From NCBI GenBank assembly GCA_041492185.1, contig JBGPWL010000010.1:10117-74116 (forward strand): a DNA stretch of 64,000 bases, written 5' to 3'. Below are positions 9,345-18,535 of the stretch, one piece after another. Below the pieces are notes generated by a model. That model was given only the letters and a program-made list of their open reading frames with translations. It was not told the DNA's origin and searched no databases. The DNA comes from Pyrinomonadaceae bacterium (GTDB taxonomy: Bacteria > Acidobacteriota > Blastocatellia > Pyrinomonadales > Pyrinomonadaceae). The translations under genes were made by a program, and so were the position numbers. How positions within the stretch are numbered: the first letter of the stretch is position 1; each line of letters opens with the position of its first letter.

Positions 9345-10919
9345 CTAATCGCGCCGCTCAAAGAGACGCCGAATCATCTGCGGCAGGAGCAATGAACTGC
9401 GAATAATCGATCCGGTTGTGAAGTGTTTTGCGAATCCCCGGAAGAGTTTCCCGGCCAATGGCGTGTAACGAAACCACCACAGGTCCGGCAGGAAAGAAAA
9501 CCGGTTAACGTGAATGTGTTGGGCCGTCACCATCTCCAGCAACCCCATCCGCCCATGCGTTCTGCCATAGCCGCTGTCCTTCACGCCACCCCAGGGAGTC
9601 TGAGCCACCGCGTTTGTGTAAAGCACTTCGTTGACTGTGACGGTGCCGGCTTCGATGCGCTGGGCCAATCGCCGGCCGCGTGCGATGTCTTTGGTCCAAA
9701 CGCTTGCGGTTAGTCCGTATGCGCTGTCGTTTGCGAGCCGAAGCGCTTCCTCTTCTGTTTTGAAAGTCATCACCGGCAACACCGGGCCAAACGTTTCCTC
9801 GCGCATCACCTCCATGCTGTGGTCGACATTCGTCAGCACGGTTGGTTCATAAAAAAGGCCATTGAGATTCGCCGCGCGCCTGCCGCCAGTGAGCACGCGC
9901 GCCCCACGTCGGACAGCATCGTTGACGTGGTCTTCCACAATGCTCAATTGTTTTTCGCTGGACATCGGACCGACGTCCGTGTCGTCGCCCGTGCCGACGT
10001 TTTGCTTCAACGCGCGCGTCTCCGCGACAATGCGATCGATAAATTTTGGCGCGATCGATTCGTGCACGTAACAGCGTTCGACTGCAGCGCAGGCCTGGCC
10101 GGCATTTGCGAACGCGCCCCAAACCGCGCCGCGCGCCGCATTTTCCAGATCAGCATCCTCGAGCACGATCATGGGGTCCTTGCCGCCCAACTCCAGCACC
10201 ACGGGCGTCAAATGTTTTGCGGCAGCTTCGGCCACACGTTTGCCGGCGGCCACGCTGCCGGTGAACATGATCTTATCGACGCCCGCGTCCACTAACGCTG
10301 TGCCGGTCGAGCCGTCGCCGGTAACGATGTTGAGCAAGCCATCCGCCAACCCTGCGCGTTTGAAAATTTCTCCAATTTTCAGTCCGGTAAGTGACGTCAG
10401 TTCGCTCGGCTTGAGCACCACTGCACTGCCGGCCATCAGCGCCATGACGACCTCGGCCAGCGGTGTCGACCACGGAAAATTCCACGGCGAAATGATCCCG
10501 ATCACGCCGAGCGGCCTGTAGATAATTCGCGACGATCGGCCCATCAGACCGTATTGCCCGATGTCGATCTTCTGCGGGCGCAATAGTTTTTCAGTTGTAC
10601 GCGCGAAGTATTGCATCAGATCGAGCGTCGGTACGATCTCCATCGAGATCGCTTCCGAGACGGGCTTGCCGGTCTCGCGCGAGATCAGCGTGGCAATTTC
10701 GTCTACTTCGTCGAGCACAATCTGTCGGGCTTTAAGAATGAAACGTCCGCGCGCGCGAAACGGGCGAGCCGCCCAGGCAGGTTGTGCCGTGCGCGCCCGT
10801 GTCACGGCTCGCTCTACGTCTTCTCGAGAAGTTAGCGGAGCACGCCCAATCTCAGCGCCGGTGGCTGGATCGCGGGAAACGATCTCCGCATCAATAGTTT
10901 TGAAATCTGCGATCTGCAT
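9345..10919 (-). CDS. NAD(P)-dependent aldehyde dehydrogenase
   Basis: 524 aa; ELGGKDP and EETFGPVLPV motifs; catalytic Cys context GQACAAVERCYV. Confidence 0.9.
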   Translation of the reverse strand: MQIADFKTIDAEIVSRDPATGAEIGRAPLTSREDVERAVTRARTAQPAWAARPFRARGRFILKARQIVLDEVDEIATLISRETGKPVSEAISMEIVPTLDLMQYFARTTEKLLRPQKIDIGQYGLMGRSSRIIYRPLGVIGIISPWNFPWSTPLAEVVMALMAGSAVVLKPSELTSLTGLKIGEIFKRAGLADGLLNIVTGDGSTGTALVDAGVDKIMFTGSVAAGKRVAEAAAKHLTPVVLELGGKDPMIVLEDADLENAARGAVWGAFANAGQACAAVERCYVHESIAPKFIDRIVAETRALKQNVGTGDDTDVGPMSSEKQLSIVEDHVNDAVRRGARVLTGGRRAANLNGLFYEPTVLTNVDHSMEVMREETFGPVLPVMTFKTEEEALRLANDSAYGLTASVWTKDIARGRRLAQRIEAGTVTVNEVLYTNAVAQTPWGGVKDSGYGRTHGRMGLLEMVTAQHIHVNRFSFLPDLWWFRYTPLAGKLFRGFAKHFTTGSIIRSSLLLPQMIRRLFERRD

Positions 10920-10957
10920 AGAGTGTTTTCAATTATCACTCAAAGATCGTTTGAATT

Positions 10958-11025
10958 GTAGGGGCAAGGCTTGTCCTTGCCCGCCGTGGGCCGAAAAATC
11001 GGGCAGCCACGAGGGCTGCCCCTAC
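10958..11025. repeat. REP-like composite hairpin
   Basis: GTAGGGGCA...TGCCCCTAC outer stem enclosing GGCAAGG..CCTTGCC and GGGCAGCC..GGCTGCCC hairpins. Confidence 0.55.
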
Positions 11026-11095
11026 GGTCTCGGTTTCTCTCAAGTCATCGCCTCAGTTAGAATAGTCTCACACATCAGTGCAGAGGAGAATTCGT

Positions 11096-12388
11096 ATGAT
11101 CCGACCGCAACTCGCGGAATTCATGAAGCGCGTGGACCAGAAGTCTGTCGCCATCATTCCCGCCGCGCGCGAAGCAACGCGCTCAAACGACACGCAGTAT
11201 CGCTATCGACAGGATTCTGACTTCTTTTACCTGACCGGGTTCGAAGAGCCGGAGTCGATTGCCGTGATTGCGCCGGCGCACGAAAAGAAATACACGCTGT
11301 TCGTGCGGCCACGCGACCCGGAACAGGAAGTCTGGATTGGAAAACGCGCGGGCGTCGAGGGCGCCGTAAGTGAATTTGGCGCGGACGAAGCTTTTCCCGT
11401 CGCGGAGTTTGACGAAAAGCTGTTTGAAATCCTGGACGGCGCAAAGATTCTTTATTACCGGCTCGGCGTGCACGAAGATCTCGATCAAACGATCATCAAA
11501 AAGATTGCCGGCACAAGGATTCTGAATCGCAAGCCGATTGAGATGCCGCAGACGATCATCGACCCCGCGACAGTTGTCCATGAAATGCGCGTCATCAAAA
11601 CTCCGCAAGAGATTGAATTGATGCAACGTGCTGCCGATATCGCCGCCGAAGCTCACGTCGAAGCGATGAAAGCGGTGCGGCCGGGAATGAAAGAGTATGA
11701 AGTCGAAGCGCTGATCGAACAGATCTTTCGCCGCCATGGCGCGATTGGCCCATCTTACACGTCGATCGTTGGCGGCGGCGCAAACGCAACGGTGCTCCAC
11801 TACATCAGCAACAACGATCAGTTGCGTGACGGTGAACTGGTCCTGATTGATGCGGGCGCGGAATACAAAGGCTATGCGTCGGACATCACGCGTACTTTTC
11901 CGATCAACGGCAAGTATTCAAGGGCCCAGCGCGAGATCTATGACCTCGTGCTTGAAACGCAACTGTCGTGCGTCGAGATGGTGCGCCCGGGCACGACACA
12001 CGATGAACTCAAGAGCCATTCAATCGAGATGCTGACGGAAGGCATGGTTCGTCTCGGACTGTTGAAAGGCAAACCTGAGGAGTTGATCAAGGAAGAAGAG
12101 TACAAGCAGTTTTACATGCACGGTCTCGGTCATATGCTGGGCATCGACGTGCACGACGTGGGTCGTTACTATTTTGACAAGCAATCGCGCGCGCTTGAGC
12201 CCGGCGTGGTGATGACGGTCGAGCCCGGCATCTACATCTCGCCCAACACGAAAGACATTCCCGCACAATATCTCGGCATCGGAGTGCGTATCGAAGACGA
12301 TGTCTTGTGCACGAACAACGGCCCGCGCGTGCTCACCAGCAAAGTGCCGAAGCAGCCGGAAGAGATTGAATCGTTAATGGCTCGATAG
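11096..12388 (+). CDS. pepP: Xaa-Pro aminopeptidase (M24B)
   Basis: ORF from GTG 11078 trimmed to ATG 11096 (GAGGAG 6 nt upstream); M24 metal ligands in LIDAGAEYKGYASDITRT, HGLGHMLG, VEPGIY, IGVRIEDD. Confidence 0.9.
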   Translation: MIRPQLAEFMKRVDQKSVAIIPAAREATRSNDTQYRYRQDSDFFYLTGFEEPESIAVIAPAHEKKYTLFVRPRDPEQEVWIGKRAGVEGAVSEFGADEAFPVAEFDEKLFEILDGAKILYYRLGVHEDLDQTIIKKIAGTRILNRKPIEMPQTIIDPATVVHEMRVIKTPQEIELMQRAADIAAEAHVEAMKAVRPGMKEYEVEALIEQIFRRHGAIGPSYTSIVGGGANATVLHYISNNDQLRDGELVLIDAGAEYKGYASDITRTFPINGKYSRAQREIYDLVLETQLSCVEMVRPGTTHDELKSHSIEMLTEGMVRLGLLKGKPEELIKEEEYKQFYMHGLGHMLGIDVHDVGRYYFDKQSRALEPGVVMTVEPGIYISPNTKDIPAQYLGIGVRIEDDVLCTNNGPRVLTSKVPKQPEEIESLMAR

Positions 12389-12397
12389 GAACCACTA

Positions 12398-12425
12398 GGC
12401 AGGAAAATGCGGTATCGGTCCTGCC
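12398..12425. terminator. hairpin between convergent pepP and DHH genes
   Basis: GGCAGGA-14 nt-TCCTGCC 7-bp stem located between the two stop codons. Confidence 0.45.
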
Positions 12426-13402
12426 TACTGCTCCTGCCGACTGCTGCCTGTGGTTGACAGCTCCGCCACAATCTCGCGCATCGCCGTGCGGCCTTCCTCC
12501 ACCTCATCCGTTTTGAGCGAAACGGCGCCGACCACTGCATGCCCGCCGCCGCCGTAGCGTTCGCAAATCTTCGCGATGTTGTGAGTGCGCGGGCGGGGCG
12601 CCCAGGGGTTCGAGCCGACCGAGATCTTCGTGCGCTGTGGTCCGCGCGTAAGAGCAACCGAGTAGGTGGTTTCGGGATATAGATAGTAAGGAATGAATTT
12701 GTTGAAGCCTTCGTAGCCTTCATCGACGAGATCAAACTGCACCACGCCATTCGCAAAAGATGCCTTGCGCCGGATCGCTTCCAACGTCTCACGGTGTTGT
12801 TGAAGTATTGGACGAAAGCGACGCTGCACTTCTTCGCTCGTGGCCACCTCATCGAGAGACTTCGTGGTAAGATCGCGGATTATTTGTTCGATAAATTCAT
12901 CGTCCGGGTCAGCCTCGATAACTTGCATCAACTGCAACGCCGGCGCTTTAAGCTCGACGCACTGCGCGGCTGATTCATAAAGCGCGCCGTCAATGATGTG
13001 CGCCCAATGGATCAAGTCTTTCAGCGGCTCATCGTTAAAACTGAATCGCGAATGCGCGACATCGGCGATGAACTCCGTGCATGATTTGCGGGTCGCATCG
13101 AGAAACTTCTTGTCCGAGTTGTTAACGCGGAAATGCGCTTCATCCTGGGGAGTAAGAAACGCAGACTGGTGGTGATCGAACCACCAGGTCAGTTTTTCAG
13201 AAGGCGAATATTTGAAATCCACGATCGCATTCTCGTCGCCGTCAAACATCTCTTCGTCGAAGAGGTTGCCGGGTCGATGCAGCAATCCCGTGTAGTGGAC
13301 CTCCGCTTCGGTATTGATTCGTTCTTTGTAAAAGCGCGTGAAGGTCGCCGCCGAAGCAACACCATCGAAGCAGTGACCGTGATAAAGGAGCCGGAGTTTC
13401 AT
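12425..13402 (-). CDS. DHH/DHHA1 superfamily phosphoesterase
   Basis: 325 aa; N-terminal YHGHCFDGVASA and C-terminal GGGGHAVVGA (DHHA1 GGGH) motifs; the last ~10 codons lie in a CTGCCTA heptamer repeat. Confidence 0.6.
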   Translation of the reverse strand: MKLRLLYHGHCFDGVASAATFTRFYKERINTEAEVHYTGLLHRPGNLFDEEMFDGDENAIVDFKYSPSEKLTWWFDHHQSAFLTPQDEAHFRVNNSDKKFLDATRKSCTEFIADVAHSRFSFNDEPLKDLIHWAHIIDGALYESAAQCVELKAPALQLMQVIEADPDDEFIEQIIRDLTTKSLDEVATSEEVQRRFRPILQQHRETLEAIRRKASFANGVVQFDLVDEGYEGFNKFIPYYLYPETTYSVALTRGPQRTKISVGSNPWAPRPRTHNIAKICERYGGGGHAVVGAVSLKTDEVEEGRTAMREIVAELSTTGSSRQEQ

Positions 13403-13470
13403 TTAATCTTTCTGTTAACTAAGACTCAAGTGCGAATGAAAGCCCGCCATCTTAGCAACCGAAGACAGTT

Positions 13471-13630
13471 CCCGCAAAGGCGCAACGCGCGCAAAGAGCA
13501 AAGGGCAGAGAGCCAGGAAAGCGATGTGTTGCTCCGAACTTTGATGAGACGTTGTAAATGCGGTTGGGTCTTGCCGTTGGTCGTGAGGCTCTTTGCCCTT
13601 TGCGTCTTTGCGTCTTTGCGCCTTTGCGGG
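13471..13630. repeat. long inverted repeat built from CTTTGCG/CGCAAAG units
   Basis: Arms 13471..13513 and 13588..13630, 74-nt spacer; a shorter relative lies at 28653..28708. Confidence 0.6.
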
Positions 13631-13633
13631 AAA

Positions 13634-14248
13634 CTAATTCTTACAAGGGACGATCACCGCAGTGTTGCTCTTCAAACGATCGCCGATGAACTTGTCCACG
13701 TCCGCTTCGATCAATTCGCCATTGACGACCCAGGCTTTTTCCGTCAACACCTCGCCGCCCTTCGTACAGGCGCCTGGATCGAGAAAGATATTCCACGGTG
13801 AGCCCCACTTGCGAGTATCGCCGGTCAGTTGACGATAGCCATAGTGCGGGGTCTTCTCTCGATCGTCCCTGGTCTCCGATTCGGAGACAATGGGATAGGG
13901 AGGTCCAGAGGGTCCGAAGAAATTCTTTACATCGTCGCGTGAACCATATTCGCTCACGCCAATGATCTGAAAACCCTGGTCCTTATACTTGTCGTAGAGC
14001 TTCGCGGCGACCGGTGCTTCATTCTTCCAGTTGCCACACCACGGCGCGAAGTAAACCACCATCACCAGTTTCTTGCCCTGCATCAGCGAACGCAACTCGA
14101 CCGTCTCGTTGGTTTTGAGATCGGCAAGCTTCCAATTTTTGTAATTGACGGTTTTCTCCACGAGCGGCGAGTATTCGTGGCCGTCCTGCGCGCGCAACGC
14201 CGCAGGAGCGAGCATGAGCACAAATAAAATCAGCACTAACTTTTTCAT
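13634..14248 (-). CDS. secreted thioredoxin-fold (redoxin-like) protein, single-Cys active site
   Basis: ORF 13634..14428 trimmed to ATG 14248 (AGGAG upstream, signal peptide MKKLVLILFVLMLAPAALRA); active-site position reads WCGNW instead of WCxxC. Confidence 0.65.
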   Translation of the reverse strand: MKKLVLILFVLMLAPAALRAQDGHEYSPLVEKTVNYKNWKLADLKTNETVELRSLMQGKKLVMVVYFAPWCGNWKNEAPVAAKLYDKYKDQGFQIIGVSEYGSRDDVKNFFGPSGPPYPIVSESETRDDREKTPHYGYRQLTGDTRKWGSPWNIFLDPGACTKGGEVLTEKAWVVNGELIEADVDKFIGDRLKSNTAVIVPCKN

Positions 14249-14276
14249 TGCATTACTCCTAAACCAAATCAATCGA

Positions 14277-15509
14277 CTAACGATTCTGCGCAGTTGCCGG
14301 GGCCTCCGCCAGCAGCGGTTTGATCGCGGCTTCAAAATTCTCGCGCGATGTCTGTCCAATAAATTTCTGGCGAATACGGCCTTCGCGATCAAGCAAGTAA
14401 GTGACGGGCAAACCGGGACCATTACCAAACTTTTCGCCTATCTCTTCCGCGCCGCGGATAACGGTGTAATCCTGCTTCATGTCCTTTTGAAAACTGCGAA
14501 TAGCATCGGCAGTGTCCACGGGCGAGACCGAGGCGCCGACGACTGAAAAACCCTTCGCTCCAAGATCGCGCTGCATGTCATTGAATTCCGGAATCTCTGC
14601 CTGGCAAGGTTTACACCAGGTTGCCCAGAAATTCAGCAGCACCACTCGCCCCTTGAGCGACGCCAGATGAAACGACTGGCCATCGAGTGTTTGAAATTCA
14701 ACTTCAGGCGGAACCGGAAAATTGTTGTTCGCGGGAGGAGCGCTCGCGCTCACGGGCTGCTTAACTTTCAAGAAACCTTCCAGGTTCGGCAACATCGCGG
14801 CCAATCTTGAGCTTGCCAATAAAGTTGAGTAGCCGCTGGCAATCAACAGTCCGATCAAAATTAGAACGACGCCGGAAACGACCTCAACTTTGTGCAGATG
14901 TTTGCGAAACTTCGAATAGAAACCAAGGAACTTATTAATTCCGAGACCGGTAATGAGAAAAGGAACTGCGAGTCCAGCCGAATAAAACGTCGCCAGCACC
15001 GTACCCCCCTTCCAACCGCCGCTCGTTGCTGCCAACGCCATGATCCCTCCGAGGATTGGGCCAATGCAGGGAGTCCAGCCTGCGGCAAACGCGATGCCTA
15101 ACGTCAGCGACCCGAGCACGCCGCGCGGTTTCTCATTCGAAAACTGCCGCGTGTCTTTATATAAGTATTTGATCTTCAGTAGCCCGATCAGATGCAGTCC
15201 AAAAACTATGATGACCAGGCCGCCGGCAATTCGAATCCAGCGGTTGCTAAGAATCGATGAACCAACCAGACCAGCCGTTGCGCCCAGCGCGATAAAGATC
15301 ACCGACAGACCGATATTGAAGGCAATCGAGTTAATGACCACCGCGCGCATGGCAGTACTGCGGGAGGCGCCATCGCCCTTCAGGTGATCGATGCTGACTC
15401 CCGACATCAGAGAGAGATAGCCGGGAACCAAAGGCAGCACACACGGCGACAAAAAAGATAGCAGCCCGCCGGCAAAAGCAATCAGAATGTTGACCAAAGA
15501 TATTTGCAT
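14277..15509 (-). CDS. cytochrome c biogenesis CcdA/DsbD-type membrane domain fused to TlpA-like thioredoxin
   Basis: 410 aa; N-terminal multi-TM with LSPCVLPLVPGY and TPCIGPILG motifs; C-terminal FWATWCKPCQAE. Confidence 0.85.
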   Translation of the reverse strand: MQISLVNILIAFAGGLLSFLSPCVLPLVPGYLSLMSGVSIDHLKGDGASRSTAMRAVVINSIAFNIGLSVIFIALGATAGLVGSSILSNRWIRIAGGLVIIVFGLHLIGLLKIKYLYKDTRQFSNEKPRGVLGSLTLGIAFAAGWTPCIGPILGGIMALAATSGGWKGGTVLATFYSAGLAVPFLITGLGINKFLGFYSKFRKHLHKVEVVSGVVLILIGLLIASGYSTLLASSRLAAMLPNLEGFLKVKQPVSASAPPANNNFPVPPEVEFQTLDGQSFHLASLKGRVVLLNFWATWCKPCQAEIPEFNDMQRDLGAKGFSVVGASVSPVDTADAIRSFQKDMKQDYTVIRGAEEIGEKFGNGPGLPVTYLLDREGRIRQKFIGQTSRENFEAAIKPLLAEAPATAQNR

Positions 15510-15533
15510 TACTGGTAAGCTACGCGCGGCAGA

Positions 15534-15782
15534 TCACTTTTGCCTGGACTTTCCTTTTGACCGTTCGGGCAAAGCCGCGACTAACGCACGAAGAACAGTA
15601 TTCACCGATTCTGAAGTCTTGAAGACCCGCGACACCTCCGGGTCGAGAAGCACGACGACGCGTTCTTTACTTAGTCGTCCTGCAAACCGGTTAGGCTTAG
15701 CCTTACTGTAATCAAACTTATACTCCGCAAGCATATCTTTCGAAACCTGATTGCGAGATTTAGATACGGGCGTTTTCTTCAT
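15534..15782 (-). CDS. brnA: BrnA-type antitoxin
   Basis: 82 aa; ...YSKAKPNRFAGR... motif; immediately downstream of and overlapping a BrnT-like reading frame. Confidence 0.65.
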   Translation of the reverse strand: MKKTPVSKSRNQVSKDMLAEYKFDYSKAKPNRFAGRLSKERVVVLLDPEVSRVFKTSESVNTVLRALVAALPERSKGKSRQK

Positions 15783-16049
15783 AGTCTTGCCGTTCTCGCG
15801 CGTTAGCTAAACGCGCGCTGATTATGCGAATAATTTCGCCAGACCGCTCGGTGAAACAAACCAGAAGCAACCGGTTGTTTGCGGAATGTCCGATGATGAT
15901 CTCGCGCGTTCATCAACCGAATGTAGGTCATCATCGAATATCCTGGCCAATGGATCATCAAAGACTGTGGTCGCTTCATCAAAGCCGATCTCGTGCGCTA
16001 TTCGATTTGATCTGGCCTTTGCTTCATCCCATTCAAACCGGTAGCTCAT
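15760..16049 (-). pseudogene. brnT: BrnT (DUF497) toxin gene interrupted by a frameshift
   Basis: N-terminus FEWDEAKARSNRIAHEIGFDEATTVFDDP is BrnT-like up to ..DER (about 15900-15906, CGCGCG run). The BrnT-like C-terminus EIIIGHSANNRLLLVCFTERSGEIIRIISARLANARERQDYEE continues in another frame to TAA at 15760. Confidence 0.7.
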
Positions 16050-16165
16050 TCAAGTAATGTGACCCTTAGCGCTTAACGTTTAATCGTTGCAGAGAGGTAT
16101 TCCCTTGTCAATCGCCCACCTTGATTCGCTTGTACGCGCTCCGGTCCAATGACGTTCGACCGCGC

Positions 16166-16591
16166 CTACAGATGCTTACGCGTTTCTCGCGGGTCGCGGA
16201 CCGTGCGGGCATCCCGATCATACCCGCGAATTGTAATCGTGCTGGGCGCCTCGAGATCGCGTTTCGACGGCAGTCTTTTTTCGGCGGTCAAGCGGTAGAT
16301 TTGGTTGTCATTCGGAATGATTGGTTTCAATCCGCCCGCGCCCTTGTCATTCATAAAGCCTTGGAGTGAGTCGCCGACTTGCTTTAGTCGATTGTCGAGA
16401 TCGAGCTTGGTGAGCCTGTGACCCTGAAGATGGAAACAGACCTCGACTTCGAGTTTGTCGGTTTTTGAGTAGCGAACGCCTGCACGGCGTTGAGCTTTGG
16501 TGACCGCCGCATAAATAGCTTTGCGCCACGCTACGGAATCCGACATAAAGTTCGGTATTCGAGCAGTTAATTTCAAGCGGCGTTTCCGCAC
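16166..16591 (-). CDS. rusA: RusA-like Holliday junction resolvase
   Basis: 141 aa; DLDNRLKQVGDSL matches the RusA D-x-D-N-x-x-K-x-x-x-D catalytic motif; a later NDNQI acidic residue; start may be the internal ATG at 16546. Confidence 0.55.
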   Translation of the reverse strand: MRKRRLKLTARIPNFMSDSVAWRKAIYAAVTKAQRRAGVRYSKTDKLEVEVCFHLQGHRLTKLDLDNRLKQVGDSLQGFMNDKGAGGLKPIIPNDNQIYRLTAEKRLPSKRDLEAPSTITIRGYDRDARTVRDPRETRKHL

Positions 16592-16631
16592 AATCTAGAC
16601 TCCTTTGTTCAAGAGTAGCTGTGAACAAGTA

Positions 16632-17123
16632 TTAGCTCGCTCTTCTCCTTCTGAACCACAACGTCAGATTCAAGTAGATGCCCGACGCCGCTGAAAGGCA
16701 CGCCAGCGCCGAAAAGAGGATCAGCATCGTCACTTGCCAGCCTCCCGCAAAGAAGTAGAAATGCGCCTGCCGAAAATAACGAGTCAGGCGTCCGGGAGGC
16801 GGAGTTTTGATGACTGCGCCGGTCTCTGCGTCAATCAATAATGAATCCGCGCCCAGGCCGCCGATTGCCTGATAGACGGGACGGCCATCGCGCATCAGCA
16901 GAGTCAAGGCAGTCGTCGGCAGTTGCCTTCCCGCAAACTTACTCGCTCGCGCCAGCGCGTCGGCGGGCGTGATCACAACTCTCGCCGCATCGATCTTTTC
17001 AATCTTGCCGCCTTCGACCGCATTGGGCCAGGCGTATAGCAAGCCGCTCGACGCCCACGCGAGTACCGGCACCGCGATAATCAAACCCAGCCAGGTGTGC
17101 GAACGATAAATCAGTTTCCGCAT
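16632..17123 (-). CDS. PepSY-domain membrane protein
   Basis: 163 aa; N-terminal TM with SHTWLGLI motif, central PepSY-like segment, C-terminal TM. Confidence 0.55.
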   Translation of the reverse strand: MRKLIYRSHTWLGLIIAVPVLAWASSGLLYAWPNAVEGGKIEKIDAARVVITPADALARASKFAGRQLPTTALTLLMRDGRPVYQAIGGLGADSLLIDAETGAVIKTPPPGRLTRYFRQAHFYFFAGGWQVTMLILFSALACLSAASGIYLNLTLWFRRRRAS

Positions 17124-17154
17124 TCGCTAATGGAGACCAGTAAACGAGGCCCCA

Positions 17155-18519
17155 CTACCTCTTCTCCGTGTCGCCGCGTCTCCCTGTCGCCCTATCCGTC
17201 TTATCATCAGCCGGCTCTTCGATCAGTTTCTTGATCATTTTGCCGAGCGCCGTTGTTTCCGCGTCGCCGGCGCCGACGGCGATGAAGCGCACGTGGCCGC
17301 GACGGTCAATCAGAAACGACATCGGAATTGAAAACACGCCATAGTTCAGATCGTTGGCACTGGAATTTTCCACCGCAAAACCATACGGCAGGTGATTTTT
17401 CTTCTTGAAATCGCGCAAATAAGCCAGCTCTTCAACCGGAGTCAGGCTGCGACCGTCAGCCTGCCCGTAATAGTTTGTTACTCCGAGAATTACCAGTCCC
17501 TTATCTTTGTAACTATCGTGCCAGGTTCTTAGTTTCGGAAAAGTGATTCGGCACGGCCCGCACCACGTCGCCCAGAAATCCAACAGCACGACCCGACCGC
17601 GCAGATCCGCCAGCTTGGTCGGTGCTTGATCGATCCATTCTTTGGCAATAATGTCTGGCGGCGTGTTCGGTGCACCTGCGATGTCGTCGCGAGCGCGCGG
17701 ATCATTTGCCGGATCGATAGTCAAGAGCCTAAGCGTTGCCAGCTTATACAAATTGCCGGAGGGCAAGGACATCGCCAGCCGGCGCAGCTCCTCGGCGACG
17801 GCAACGGCCGCGTCCTTCCGCATCAACTTTAGATCGGCTTCGGTCAGAAACATCATCGCCTTCGCGAGCATGTCGTCGCGCTTAGGCGGATCGATCTTTT
17901 TCGTCGCCAACAACTTCGCCGCTTTGAACATCTCGGCAGCGTGCGGGGCCATCCGCTCGTAATCTTTCCGCGTGTAGAAAGCGTCCGCGACCAGTCGCTC
18001 CATGCCGTAGCGCTCCTGAGTGTTTTGCGAATCCTGTCGCGCGTAATCGGCGAGCGCGCTTTCGGCTTCCGGCATGAGGTTCTGCTTCACCGCGTGAGCG
18101 ACAATCACGCTGCGTGCGATCTGGGCGAACTCGACCACGGGCTTGTCTGCCAGGAAGCGCCGCATTGAATTGAGTGCAGGATCAGAATTATCTGCGAGGT
18201 GATAGAGCAGTCCTGCATAATAAAGATCGGTTCCCTTGAGTGATCCGCGCGCTGCGAGCGTCGCCGCATGTCGCGCCGCCAACTCTCTCTGTTCGCGCCG
18301 CGTGTTCTCTTCCAGCTTCGGATCGAACGGCAACTTCCGGGCGTTAAATTCTTCGTACTTCTTACTGATGTAGTTGTTCGCTTCGTCGTAGAGAACCTGG
18401 GCCGGGCGCGTGTCCGGCGGCGCTATTTCGGCTTTGACACGTCCCGATTGCGCCGGAGACTGCGAGCCGATCAGCAGCAGAGAGAAGAGAAGGAGTAAGT
18501 TTGAGGCAGAAAGTTTCAC
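17155..18519 (-). CDS. secreted TlpA-family thiol:disulfide oxidoreductase with N-terminal helical (TPR-like) domain
   Basis: 454 aa; signal peptide; FWATWCGPCRITFPKL active site; the C-terminal tail is encoded by repeat-like sequence. Confidence 0.8.
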   Translation of the reverse strand: MKLSASNLLLLFSLLLIGSQSPAQSGRVKAEIAPPDTRPAQVLYDEANNYISKKYEEFNARKLPFDPKLEENTRREQRELAARHAATLAARGSLKGTDLYYAGLLYHLADNSDPALNSMRRFLADKPVVEFAQIARSVIVAHAVKQNLMPEAESALADYARQDSQNTQERYGMERLVADAFYTRKDYERMAPHAAEMFKAAKLLATKKIDPPKRDDMLAKAMMFLTEADLKLMRKDAAVAVAEELRRLAMSLPSGNLYKLATLRLLTIDPANDPRARDDIAGAPNTPPDIIAKEWIDQAPTKLADLRGRVVLLDFWATWCGPCRITFPKLRTWHDSYKDKGLVILGVTNYYGQADGRSLTPVEELAYLRDFKKKNHLPYGFAVENSSANDLNYGVFSIPMSFLIDRRGHVRFIAVGAGDAETTALGKMIKKLIEEPADDKTDRATGRRGDTEKR

Positions 18520-18535
18520 GAAAATAATTTACTAA

